Assembly (NCBI GenBank): GCA_020633125.1
Contig: JACKEH010000003.1
Location: 27,084 to 91,083, forward strand
Direction: 5' to 3'
DNA length: 64,000 nucleotides
DNA from: Sandaracinus sp.
GTDB lineage: Bacteria > Myxococcota_A > Polyangia > Polyangiales > Houyiibacteriaceae
This document shows, in pieces, positions 8,934 to 18,186 of this stretch. The position numbers and the translations under genes were made by a program. Every line of letters begins with the position of its first letter. Positions within the stretch are counted from its first letter, which is position 1. Under the pieces are notes generated by a model, which had not been told where the DNA came from, made no database searches, and saw only the letters and a program-made list of their open reading frames with translations.

Positions 8934-10415
8934 ATGGATCGAGCCCTCGACAAGAGCCTCACTCGCCTGCATCGCACCGCGCGTCTCGTGCTCGCCGCGA
9001 CCACGCATCGCGCCCGAGTCCTGTTCTCGCGCGCGTTGCTCTTGCTCTGGGTGGTGCTCGCCAGCTCCTGCGGCGGCTACGAAACGCTGCGGCGCGACCT
9101 GCACACGATGCAGACCTACGCGGACGTCGAAGGCGAGGTCGAAGCGCCGACGTGGTCGGGTGGTCCGTTGGTGGTCGCCGCCTTTCGGGCGCCGGACTCC
9201 GACGACGGCCGCTTCAGCCGGGTCGAGGTGCAGGAGCTCGCCCGGCCGGGGGAGTTCCGCTTCCGACTTCCGCCCGGCGACTACAGCTTCTGCGTCTACG
9301 AAGATCGCGACGGCGATCACACCCACACGCCTGGTGAGCCGTTTGGGGTGTGGCGACGCTTCGAACCGACGACGCTCGCGCCTTCATCGCGCTTTCCGGT
9401 TCGTCTCGTCGCCGCGTCGCGTGGCGTGAGCCCGCCCGAGCAGCCCGCACGTGACGGGCGAGTGATCCAGGTCGGTGTTCGGGCGTCGCTCGACGAGCCG
9501 CGCTTCGACGCGTTTCACGGACGCCTGGGAGTCTGGGAACCGCTCGCGTTCGTGGCCGCACGCGCGTACGGGCTCTTCGTGCTCGAAGGTATCGCAGACG
9601 AGTCCCTCGTTCGTGATACCGAGGCCGCAGCCACCGAAACGGTGTCGAACGGGCTTCCTACTTCGACCTCCGAAGCCGCTTCGTCGACCGGCACGCCTGC
9701 CACCTCGAGCGACCCGACGAGCACCGCGAATGGGAGCACCGTCGACACCACGTCGCCCGAACGTGTCCCCGTCGTCTTCGTGCACGGCATCCTCGGTCAC
9801 GCGTCCGAGTTCCGCGATGCCGTCGCCGCGTTGGACCGCACGCGATACGTGCCGTGGGTCTTTCAATACCCCTCCGGGCTTCCGCTCGGCGAGCAAGCCG
9901 AACGATTTGCGGCCGCGTTGCGCGAGATGCGTTCTCGCGAGCGCGCCAAGCGTGTGTGCGTCGTCGCGCACAGCATGGGTGGCTTGGTGTCACGTGCGAT
10001 GCTGGCCCGACTCGCGACGCGAGACGACGACGTGCCCGAGGTTCCGCTCTTCGTCACGTTGGCTTCGCCCCTCGCAGGACACGCGGGTGCTTCGGCCGGG
10101 GTCGCGATGGCGCCCGTGATCGTCCCTTCGTGGGAGGATCTCGAGCCAGGCTCGCCTTTCCTCGCGAGCCTCTACGAAACGCCGCTGTCGGAGCGCACGC
10201 GATACGCTCTCTTCTTCGCGTTCGCGAGCACCTCGGCGTGGAGCGGCGCGCCGGGGGACGGAGTCGTCACGCTCGAGAGCCAGCTTCGACCCGAAGCCCA
10301 AGGCGAAGCCGATTGGGTGCGGGGCTTCGGCGCCGAGCACGCGGGCATCGTGCGCGACGCGACCGCGCTGGGAGCGCTGAACGAACTGCTCGCGACACAT
10401 TGCCGCGCCGAGTGA
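8934..10415 (+). CDS. Alpha/beta-hydrolase (lipase/PGAP1-like) lipoprotein
   Basis: It has a lipobox (VLASSCGG), a Ser/Thr-rich linker and a nucleophile elbow (AHSMGG). The start could be ATG 8934 or GTG 8919. Confidence 0.8.
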   Translation: MDRALDKSLTRLHRTARLVLAATTHRARVLFSRALLLLWVVLASSCGGYETLRRDLHTMQTYADVEGEVEAPTWSGGPLVVAAFRAPDSDDGRFSRVEVQELARPGEFRFRLPPGDYSFCVYEDRDGDHTHTPGEPFGVWRRFEPTTLAPSSRFPVRLVAASRGVSPPEQPARDGRVIQVGVRASLDEPRFDAFHGRLGVWEPLAFVAARAYGLFVLEGIADESLVRDTEAAATETVSNGLPTSTSEAASSTGTPATSSDPTSTANGSTVDTTSPERVPVVFVHGILGHASEFRDAVAALDRTRYVPWVFQYPSGLPLGEQAERFAAALREMRSRERAKRVCVVAHSMGGLVSRAMLARLATRDDDVPEVPLFVTLASPLAGHAGASAGVAMAPVIVPSWEDLEPGSPFLASLYETPLSERTRYALFFAFASTSAWSGAPGDGVVTLESQLRPEAQGEADWVRGFGAEHAGIVRDATALGALNELLATHCRAE

Positions 10416-10545
10416 GCGACGCGGTTGCACCTGTCGCGAAGCGCGGCTTCCGACGAGGGGATGGTGAAGTCCGTCGGCGTCGATCCGTGCTGACCGCACG
10501 AAATGAGCGCCTCGTGACGCATTGCGTCTTCGCGAGGCGGACGAG

Positions 10546-10962
10546 CTATCGCGCCCGAACGCACCAGAGCCCCATCGAAGCGAGCTCCGGACGCGGTGAG
10601 CTCGTCGAGCACGTGACCGGCAACCCGTATTGGCCAGGGGTCTCGCCCTCTTGCCGCGTCCAGAGCAAGAGCCACGGAGCACGAAGTGTCTCGATCGCGG
10701 TGGCGCACGTGCGCCAGATGCCGGCATCGCCCACGTACGCGAGGTCGCCTTCGAAGCGGAACCACACGACCTCGACGGGTGGCGAAGTGGACGTGAGGCG
10801 GACGCGGTCGACGTCGTCGAGTCGGCGTGCGGTGCGCATCACGTACTTCGGCAAACCTCCACGCTGGGCGTCGCGCACCGCGTCTGCCGCGGCCGCCCAG
10901 ACTGCGGTCGCGGCGATCTCGAGGCGAGCGTCGAAGCCGAGCCAAGTGCTCTCCCAGCTCAT
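10546..10962 (-). CDS. Hypothetical protein, 138 aa (paralog of 17481..17915)
   Basis: It aligns by eye with 17481..17915. Both begin M(S)WEST.(L/V)GF and share VxWFRFEGDL. Confidence 0.65.
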   Translation of the reverse strand: MSWESTWLGFDARLEIAATAVWAAAADAVRDAQRGGLPKYVMRTARRLDDVDRVRLTSTSPPVEVVWFRFEGDLAYVGDAGIWRTCATAIETLRAPWLLLWTRQEGETPGQYGLPVTCSTSSPRPELASMGLWCVRAR

Positions 10963-11081
10963 GCCTGCCTCGCCGCGCGAACGTTCTCGACCTCGTCGAC
11001 GAGCCCTGCTTCGGTCAACGCGCGCTCCAAGGCGTCGAGGGCCTCACGCACTCCGACTTCGGGAAATAGGGCCAAGACCAA
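10959..11081 (-). CDS. Possible 40-aa small ORF (TTG start)
   Basis: It is too short to appear in the ORF track. The sequence AGGAGcggTTG leads into LVLALFPEVGVREALDALERALTEAGLVDEVENVRAARQA. Its stop overlaps the next ATG as ATGA (10959-10962). Confidence 0.2.
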   Translation of the reverse strand: MVLALFPEVGVREALDALERALTEAGLVDEVENVRAARQA

Positions 11082-11129
11082 CCGCTCCTGGCGAGTGTGG
11101 TCACTTCGACGGTGGCACGACGCGACATG

Positions 11130-11837
11130 TCAGTCCTCCGCGATCCAAGGACGGAAGCTCACTTCCTCGCGCCGCGGACGCTCGAAGAGACCACCGCCAC
11201 CCCAGCCGAGCGCGAGCGGCTCCCCGCCGAGAACGAAGCGGCTGAGCCGGAAGGTCTCGCCCTTCAACGTCGCCCCCGCGAAGAAACGTTCACCCACGAC
11301 CGCAGAAGCCAGCACCGCCTGGAGATCGGCTTTCGCAGCCAGCCGATCCTCCGAGGTCGACAAGGGCTCCATGTTCGCGAGCTCCGCGCCTTCGCCGAGA
11401 AAGAGGTTGAAGCGAAGGTCCGCCGGGTCGTCTCCGACGTGCAGCTCGAGCGGGAGGTGACGGTCGCCGAGGGCGAAGAGCCAGAGCGCATGCAGGTCCC
11501 CGAGGCGACCTCGGGACGAGCGGTCGAAGTCGATCGCGTGCGCGGGCAGCGCGGCGAGCGCCGAGAAGACGTCGCGCGCCTCGCTCGGAAGATCCCGGAG
11601 CCAGTCGCCGATCAGTCGCTCTTTGGCTTCCAACGGGCCGTCGACGAGCTCCCGCACCGATCGCGCTGGCGCGTTTGGAGAACGCATGCGCTCCAACACG
11701 ACGAGCGTTCCGGGCCTCAGGCGCACCCAGACCTCGAAGCCGAGCGCGTCGGTGACGCGTGCGTCGTAGAGATCGGGTCGCGCGCTGTCGAAGTCTTCGA
11801 CGTCGCACAGGAGCGAGGCCTCGTCTGCGATCTCCAC
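11130..11837 (-). CDS. Hypothetical protein, about 235 aa
   Basis: This is the protein-like C-terminal part of ORF 11130..12443. I propose a GTG start at 11837, preceded by GGAGAG (VEIADEASLLCDVEDFDS). An internal ATG (MRSPNAP) is also possible. Confidence 0.5.
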   Translation of the reverse strand: MEIADEASLLCDVEDFDSARPDLYDARVTDALGFEVWVRLRPGTLVVLERMRSPNAPARSVRELVDGPLEAKERLIGDWLRDLPSEARDVFSALAALPAHAIDFDRSSRGRLGDLHALWLFALGDRHLPLELHVGDDPADLRFNLFLGEGAELANMEPLSTSEDRLAAKADLQAVLASAVVGERFFAGATLKGETFRLSRFVLGGEPLALGWGGGGLFERPRREEVSFRPWIAED

Positions 11838-11956
11838 GGCTCTCCGTCCGGCCAGACGAAGGTCAGGGGGTACGTGGGCGCGTCGGGGGGAAGACTCACG
11901 CGATGCTCCGAGCTCGAGCGCCTTGGGTGCGCACGCGGTCGCGAACGCGCAAGTGC

Positions 11957-12286
11957 TCAATCCAACGCTTCGAACGCCTCGGGATCGAAAGGCGGCCACT
12001 CCCGATCCGCGAAGACGACGCCTTCGACGAAGAGCGCATCCTCGCCGTCTCGGAAGCACGTGAACGAACCTCCGTGGCTCAAGCTCGTGTGCTCGAAGTT
12101 CCAGTCCCACGCGCCGAGCTCGGTCGGTGGCAGCGGGCGGTCGAAACGAATCGTGGTGAGGAACCCGACCACGGTGTCTTCGCGCTCGATCGACACCCAG
12201 CGTGCGGAAGATACGAACGCGAGCAGCGCGGGCTCGTCGCGGAGCATCTGTCGCAGCGCGAAGCGCTCTTCGTCGCCCTTGGTCAT
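11957..12286 (-). CDS. Hypothetical protein, 109 aa
   Basis: The start is ATG 12286 (MTKGDEERF). It overlaps the stop of the upstream oxidoreductase as ATGA (12283-12286). Confidence 0.6.
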   Translation of the reverse strand: MTKGDEERFALRQMLRDEPALLAFVSSARWVSIEREDTVVGFLTTIRFDRPLPPTELGAWDWNFEHTSLSHGGSFTCFRDGEDALFVEGVVFADREWPPFDPEAFEALD

Positions 12287-13569
12287 TGCCAACGCATCGC
12301 GCGGTGCACTCGCGCGGCCCAACGGTCCTGCGAGCGTGGCTCGTCGGGCATGCGGACGTAGAGCGCCGCGACCTGCGCGACCTGGCCGGCGACGCGACCC
12401 AGGCGGCGAGCGAGCGCGGGACGACGCGCGAGCACGCGCGCACCTCGAAGCAGGCCGAGGTCGGGACGCGGCGCGCGCTGGGCGAGCACGCGCATCAAGA
12501 ACGCGTCCGAGAGCACACCCTCGCCGAGCATCGCGCTGGTCTCTTCGAGCGAGAGGTCTTGGGTGAAGCGACGGAAGAGGTCTTGGGTCGCGAGCTGAAG
12601 CCCGAAGCGACGCTGGAACGCGCGTTGGTAGTGTCGGAGGTCGCCCGCGGCGAGCGCGTCGTCGAGCATCCGCGCGGCGACGAGGCCGGTGCCGACGCCC
12701 GAGCCGTGCGCGGAGAAGACCTGGCCCGCGGCGTCGCCCAGCGCCGCGACGCGGCCACGCGCGACGATCGGACGCGGGTAGACGAGCGGGATCGCGCGCG
12801 CGCCGCCGAACTCACGCTCGCCGAGGAAGTCGTGGCGTCGCACGAAGTCGTCGACCACGTGGCGGCCCGAAGGATGGCCGTCGGCGGGAATGGTGCCGGA
12901 GAGCAAGAAGACGCGGTCGCCGTGGCGACGGACGTTGAGGATCGAGTAGCCGCCCGCGACGCCGGCGTAGAGCAGCACGTCGCCGTCTTTCGCGCCGCGC
13001 TCGTCGAAGTACGCGCGTGCGGCGTCGAGGTCACGCACGTGCCGCACCTCTTGCGAGGCCACGCAGGTGTCGCGAGGCGTGGCGTGATGCGGCCCGAGCG
13101 CGTCGACGCCGGCGAGCCCGGACGCGTCGACGAAGTGGCGCGCGACGTAGGTGGTCGAGCCGGTGGTTACCCGCACCTCGTGCCCGCTCGGCGCGACGGC
13201 ACGCACGGCCTCTTCGCCGACGAGCTCCGCCCCCGCGTCACGCGCGGCGTTCTGCAGACGCGCGACCAGCGCGCGCATGTCGACCCCGAGGAACTCCTTC
13301 GGACGCACCTTCCGCATCGGCACGTCGCCCGGCTTCGCTTCGCCCGCGAAGAAGTGCGTCGTGGCCGACTCGTGCCGTTCGTCACCGCTCGGCCGGGCGA
13401 CGCCCGCTTCGTCGAACATCCAGCCCGGCACGTCGTTGATCCACGTCGCGCCCGCGCGCTCGAGGGGACGGCGATCGAGGACCAAGACACGCAGACCACG
13501 CGAGGCGGCCATCCAAGCGAGGGCGGCTCCCGCGGAGCCGGCGCCGGCGACGATCAGGTCGTAGGTCAT
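12283..13569 (-). CDS. FAD-dependent oxidoreductase (geranylgeranyl-reductase/halogenase-like fold)
   Basis: The start was moved to ATG 13569. The N-terminus MTYDLIVAGAGSAGAALA is a GxGxxG dinucleotide-binding motif, and GDAAGQV occurs later. Confidence 0.85.
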   Translation of the reverse strand: MTYDLIVAGAGSAGAALAWMAASRGLRVLVLDRRPLERAGATWINDVPGWMFDEAGVARPSGDERHESATTHFFAGEAKPGDVPMRKVRPKEFLGVDMRALVARLQNAARDAGAELVGEEAVRAVAPSGHEVRVTTGSTTYVARHFVDASGLAGVDALGPHHATPRDTCVASQEVRHVRDLDAARAYFDERGAKDGDVLLYAGVAGGYSILNVRRHGDRVFLLSGTIPADGHPSGRHVVDDFVRRHDFLGEREFGGARAIPLVYPRPIVARGRVAALGDAAGQVFSAHGSGVGTGLVAARMLDDALAAGDLRHYQRAFQRRFGLQLATQDLFRRFTQDLSLEETSAMLGEGVLSDAFLMRVLAQRAPRPDLGLLRGARVLARRPALARRLGRVAGQVAQVAALYVRMPDEPRSQDRWAARVHRAMRWQ

Positions 13570-13832
13570 CGGGGCGGCAAGGTAGCAGGTCGGGGCAAGG
13601 TGCCCCGTCGGCGTCGGTGTCCGTGTCCCTGTGGTTTTCGTCCTCGCGAGCGCGGGTACCGGAACCGCGCTTTGCGCCCCAGAGACAGAGGCCGAGACGG
13701 CGCGTCGCGCCACCGCCGCTTCGCGGCCTCACGGCTTCGCCGACACCGCGCTTCGCGCCACGAACGCCCACGAAACCCTGTCGATTCGTAGCGTAGGCGA
13801 GCCTGAGAAATGGGGGCCGCACGTCCGTGGCC

Positions 13833-14165
13833 GTGTCGCGAAGCGATGTCTCCGTCTCCGAGGTCGCGAAGCGACGGCGGCGCAACGCGACGTCTCCGTC
13901 TCTGTCTCCGAGGTCGCGAAGCGACGGAGTCGCAACGCGACGTCTCCGTCTCTGTCTCCGAGGTCGCGAAGCGACGGAGTCGCAACGCGACGTCTCCGTC
14001 TCTGTCTCCGAGGTCGCGAAGCGACGGAGTCGCAACGCGACGTCTCCGTCTCTGTCTCCGAGGTCGCGAAGCGACGGAGTCGCAACGCGACGTCTCTGTC
14101 TCCGTCGACGTCTCCGTCGTCGCGCAGCGACGTCGTCACGAAGCGACGTCCCCGTCTCCGACGCA
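13833..14165. repeat. 50-bp minisatellite, about 5 full and 2 degenerate units, each with two small hairpins
   Basis: The string aggtcgcgaa recurs at 13861, 13911, 13961, 14011 and 14061. Each unit contains GTCGC-GAA-GCGAC (e.g. 13863-13875), GTCGC-AAC-GCGAC (13929-13941) and GTCTCCGTCTCT. Confidence 0.9.
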
Positions 14166-14174
14166 GCCCCACCC

Positions 14175-15410
14175 TCACGCCTGCGCGAGCCGCTCGCTTC
14201 CCTGCCGCTCCGCGTACGGCACGTACTCCACCTTCGCATCACCGAGCAGCTCCTCGATGATCTTCCGCTGCTGCCCGAGCCCGTGCTTCGCCGCCCAACG
14301 CGTCGCGCCCGGCACCAGGCGCCGCGTGGTCTCGAGCCCGAAGCGACCGAGGGCCAAGAGCGGAAGGAGGCGCCACTGGGGCGCGGCGGGAAGACCGAGG
14401 TCGTCCACCGCCGAATCCCCGAGCGTGTAGCGCGACACCGCGACGCGATGCTGCATGAGCAGGCGCGCGAAGGCGCGCTCGAAGCCGTTCTTCGCGACCC
14501 GCTCCGGCAGCTCGTGAAGCGCGAGCGCGAGCGCGCGGCTGTCGTCGTCGGCGTAGGGGTTGGTCGCGCTGTGGATGTACGTCTGGCGTAGCCCGTCGCG
14601 GTAGTCGTGTGCGAGCAACGCGTCGTCCGCGCCGAGCACGTGGCCGACGTAGCGCCACAGATGCATCACCGCGTCACGCTCGTTCGGCGTGAAGTGGAAG
14701 CCGAGCATCGTCAGGCCGATCAGGAAGACCGCGCTGAACTCGAGCTGCGTGGCCGCCGTGTCGGCCTGGTTGATTGGCACGCCCCACGCCGCCGTGTCCC
14801 AGTCGGGGCTGCGTCGCAACGAACGACGCACCGTCGCGTGCATCAGACGCACGCGGCACGCGCTCTTGAAGCCCGCGCTGAAGCGGTCGAGCGTCTCCGA
14901 CTCCATGACGTCGAGCACGAACCGCGAGGTCTCCGCGATGCGGCGCACGACCATGCGATCGAGCGCGCCGGTGCGTGCGAGCGGCTTCACGGCGGCGGCG
15001 CTTCGGTAGCCGCCCATCAACGCCATCGCGCTCAAGATCGTCCCCGACGCGTTGCCAGGTCGCCATTGCGTGTGGCAGCCGAGACGTAGCGCGTCGCGGT
15101 CGAGCCACTCGGGCGGATGCTCGAGCGGCTCGAACCAATGCGCGAGCGGCTCGGGCGGGCTCGGCACCGCGACCAATCCCCCTTCGACCACCCGCTCGAA
15201 GAGCACGCGCGGACGTTGATGTGCGTTGTTCGCCGCCCACTCGACGAACGCGTCGGCGATCGGATCCGCCTGCATCAACCCGTCGCGCAGACGCAGCACG
15301 TCGGGGTCGTTCGGTTGGACCTCGAACCCGCCCAGCTTGGCGAGACGACGCAAACGAGGCGGAGGGTTGGCGAGACGTTGGCCCTGCCAGCGAGTCGGGA
15401 TCTCGGTCAT
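14175..15410 (-). CDS. DUF2236 / MpaB-family oxygenase-like protein
   Basis: This 411-aa ORF has the architecture I recognise from the MpaB/rubber-oxygenase-like family (…RVRLMHATVRRSL…INQADTAATQLEF…). No HMM was run to confirm this. Confidence 0.75.
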   Translation of the reverse strand: MTEIPTRWQGQRLANPPPRLRRLAKLGGFEVQPNDPDVLRLRDGLMQADPIADAFVEWAANNAHQRPRVLFERVVEGGLVAVPSPPEPLAHWFEPLEHPPEWLDRDALRLGCHTQWRPGNASGTILSAMALMGGYRSAAAVKPLARTGALDRMVVRRIAETSRFVLDVMESETLDRFSAGFKSACRVRLMHATVRRSLRRSPDWDTAAWGVPINQADTAATQLEFSAVFLIGLTMLGFHFTPNERDAVMHLWRYVGHVLGADDALLAHDYRDGLRQTYIHSATNPYADDDSRALALALHELPERVAKNGFERAFARLLMQHRVAVSRYTLGDSAVDDLGLPAAPQWRLLPLLALGRFGLETTRRLVPGATRWAAKHGLGQQRKIIEELLGDAKVEYVPYAERQGSERLAQA

Positions 15411-15711
15411 GGGTGAGATCGTAAACCGAGCAAATGACGCATTTTACTCGGATTACATCTCGGGCTCCTCGCGGAATCGAACCCAAGTAGTTTCAGATAG
15501 TTACAAACTCGCCGCGCGCCGTTCGAGACCACCTTCCTCGGCTTCCGCACCTGCCGGTCGTGCAGACGTGCCACGAGACGCGCCTGGTCGTTCGGCCCCT
15601 CGAGCGACGACCGAGCGACGACCGAGCGGCGGTCGACGACGCGGCGCCGCAACGGCGCGCTTCACTCTGGCGGTCGACCGACGACGCACCTACGCGCCGC
15701 AACGGAGCGCC

Positions 15712-16488
15712 CTACTCCGAGCGACGGTCGATCAAAACCGCGCCCAACACGCCGCTCAACGCCGCGAGCTCGGCGTCTTTCACGAACGCCGTCTGCGTCG
15801 CGTTCGAAGGACCGAAGCGCAACGCCACGCGACCGTGCATCGCGTGCACCTCCGCGCCGCCCGCGGCGCGAATGCGACGCGCGAGATCGTCGAGACGCGG
15901 CACGCCGAGCGACGACGCGCGGTAGACGGTGAGATGCGTCGGCTCGGGCACGTCGTAGAGCTCGCGCGCGTCGAAGAAGAACGCCTTCGCGCTCTCGATC
16001 AGCGCCCCGATCGCGTGGTGCGGCTTGCCGTCGCAGAGGTCGCACCAACGACCGTCCGGGGCCTCGGCGCCGCGTCCGAAGTCACGCTCCAGGTCGTCGC
16101 CGAAGCGGCCACGCACGAGCACGCCTCGAGGGTCGACACGTCGTTCTTCGCAGGTGCACTCCAATCCGCCTTTCGCGTCGACCTCCGCGAGGAGCGTGAA
16201 GAGCACGACCTCGGTGCCCGACGAAGCCGCGATGCTTCGCGCCAACGCCGGCGCGAGGTCGAGCGGGTAGACGAGCTCGGCCATCGCGCGCTCGTTCGAA
16301 GCCGCCACGCCGACACCGACGCCACGTTCCGCTTCACGTCGCGCGCGTGCCGACGAACCGGCGCGGCGCTCGTAGGCCTCGGTGCCGATCGCGACGTGAC
16401 CCGCCTCGACGAGCGCCTCGCCGACCGCCTGCTCGAGCACCTCGGCCGAGACCTGGGCGCCGAGGAGGACGAAGGTGTCGCGGTGCAT
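15712..16488 (-). CDS. Hypothetical protein, 258 aa
   Basis: Protein-like sequence begins at ATG 16488 (MHRDTFVLLGAQVS). The upstream part of ORF 15712..16920 is shadow. Confidence 0.6.
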   Translation of the reverse strand: MHRDTFVLLGAQVSAEVLEQAVGEALVEAGHVAIGTEAYERRAGSSARARREAERGVGVGVAASNERAMAELVYPLDLAPALARSIAASSGTEVVLFTLLAEVDAKGGLECTCEERRVDPRGVLVRGRFGDDLERDFGRGAEAPDGRWCDLCDGKPHHAIGALIESAKAFFFDARELYDVPEPTHLTVYRASSLGVPRLDDLARRIRAAGGAEVHAMHGRVALRFGPSNATQTAFVKDAELAALSGVLGAVLIDRRSE

Positions 16489-16535
16489 GACGATCACCTT
16501 CGAACGGAGCGAAGGCGCGGCGCAAGGTGCGAAGG

Positions 16536-16976
16536 TCAGGGGCCGTGGCCATCGAGGGTCGAGGTCCGGCATCCACCGATCCGCAACGTCCGCGCCTCGC
16601 CATAGACGAGCGGAGCGCCCACGAAGTCGGCCATCGTTCGACACCGCCCGGTCGAGTTCGCGACCACCTCGTCGGGTCGCCCCCGCGTCCCGAGGTGCAC
16701 GACCGCGACGAACGCCGCCTTCGGTTTCGCGAGCTTCACGACGGCACGCACGTCCGACCAGTTCTCGGGGTCGATCCCGCCGTCCCTGAGGGTCGTGAGG
16801 GTCGCGCCGGTCAGCGGCATCTCCAACACGTACGTGCAGTCGATCCCGAAACGCGTGAAGCCTTCGGTGCGGTAGCGCCAGAACCCCATCTGCCGCGTGG
16901 CGTCGCGCATGTGGCGCCACAGGTCCTGCTTCGAGCAGGACACCTCGCCGAGTCCCAGCGCCATCGTGTCGGTCAT
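16536..16976 (-). CDS. Hypothetical protein, 146 aa
   Basis: ORF 16536..16976 has a balanced composition and lies in a same-strand cluster. Confidence 0.6.
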   Translation of the reverse strand: MTDTMALGLGEVSCSKQDLWRHMRDATRQMGFWRYRTEGFTRFGIDCTYVLEMPLTGATLTTLRDGGIDPENWSDVRAVVKLAKPKAAFVAVVHLGTRGRPDEVVANSTGRCRTMADFVGAPLVYGEARTLRIGGCRTSTLDGHGP

Positions 16977-16998
16977 TCGCTGGCTCTTCGCTCCAACC

Positions 16999-17484
16999 TC
17001 ACGGCCCGTTCATCCGACCACGTTTCCCTCGTCGTGGACGAGGGCCTCGAATCTGGGGCTCCACGCGCTTCCAGTAGAGCGTGGGTTGGTCGAAGGGAGG
17101 CGGGACCTCCCACTCCTCGCGCGAGCGCACGACCCGCACGTCGCTCGGGAGCTCGAAGAGGCGATCGAAACCGCGACCCATCACCGCGAAGAACGCGCCG
17201 CCCGTGCCGGCCGCCTCGAGCTCCTCCCCGAGTCGACGCCAATACGCCGGCGCCATCTCGCGCTCACGCCGCATGCGGTAGAGCGGGCCCCCGAGGTCGT
17301 TGTCGAGGTGGAACCCGGTCGCGTCCGAATCCACGCCGAAGAGCTCGGCCAGTCTCGTGGGTTGGAAGACCGGATGCGTCGCCGAAGGATGCCCGACGCC
17401 TTCCAAAAGCAACGTCGAGAGGCGACGCGGGTCGTAGCCCTCGACCCAACTCCCGACGATGCCGATCACCACCGCGTCCGTCAC
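16999..17484 (-). CDS. Hypothetical protein, about 161 aa
   Basis: GTG 17484 overlaps the upstream stop as GTGA (17481-17484). The track's ATG at 17511 is an alternative start. There is possible distant similarity to the C-terminal half of 11130..11837. Confidence 0.55.
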   Translation of the reverse strand: MTDAVVIGIVGSWVEGYDPRRLSTLLLEGVGHPSATHPVFQPTRLAELFGVDSDATGFHLDNDLGGPLYRMRREREMAPAYWRRLGEELEAAGTGGAFFAVMGRGFDRLFELPSDVRVVRSREEWEVPPPFDQPTLYWKRVEPQIRGPRPRRGKRGRMNGP

Positions 17485-17915
17485 GAGCCCACCACGAGCC
17501 AAGGCCCGCATTCACCGAGCCTCTCGGGGAGGGCGGCGAGCGAGACACGAGGGGCCGGCTCGTAGGCAAAGAGCGGCTCGCTCCCCTGCCGGGCCCAGAA
17601 GACGATCGACTTGGCGCCGTGCCACGCCATGACCTCGCCGACGAGCCTCGCGGTCTCCTCGTGGTCGTGCCCAAGAAGCAAATCGCCCTCGAATCGGAAC
17701 CAAGCGACCCGCGTTGGGACGACGCGGCCGCTTGCCGAAGCGCACCGAACCGACGAGGCGCTCACTCGATCGTCGGCGCTCTTGGCGCTGCGCATCCACG
17801 AGCGAGGCCGCCCCTCGCGCAGCGCTCGCGCAACGCCTTGCTGCGCGGACTGCCAAACCGAGGAAGCCGATGCTGCGAGAGACTCTTCGAAACCGACCAG
17901 GGTTGATTCCCACAT
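17481..17915 (-). CDS. Hypothetical protein, 144 aa (paralog of 10546..10962)
   Basis: The start is ATG 17915 (MWESTLVGFEESL). It shares the WFRFEGDL motif with its paralog. Confidence 0.65.
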   Translation of the reverse strand: MWESTLVGFEESLAASASSVWQSAQQGVARALREGRPRSWMRSAKSADDRVSASSVRCASASGRVVPTRVAWFRFEGDLLLGHDHEETARLVGEVMAWHGAKSIVFWARQGSEPLFAYEPAPRVSLAALPERLGECGPWLVVGS

Positions 17916-18186
17916 GTGCGTCGCGCTCGAGTACGTACGAAACGTCGACCGGGCAATCCTGGCTCGTGCGAAAGGAGCGCCGATTCGTGGTCCCTTCGAC
18001 ACCGTCCTTCGCGCGAACGGTGCTCGGTCTGGAGGCGACCACCGAAGACGAAGCGGTCCTTTGACGTGCCGAAGCGTTTCGGTGGTCGGGACCTTCCCGG
18101 CACGGGCCCTCTCAGCTTGGCGAGCGATCACGCCCTTCCCTATGCTCGCGACCCGTTCGGCGCGCGTCGCCAGGAAGACATTCACG

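Noticed and set aside
15465-15500. This is a possible tRNA gene.
   Set aside because: Only the T-loop and 3' half are recognisable. There is no matching 5' T-stem, anticodon arm or acceptor 5' strand. I report it only as a fragment.
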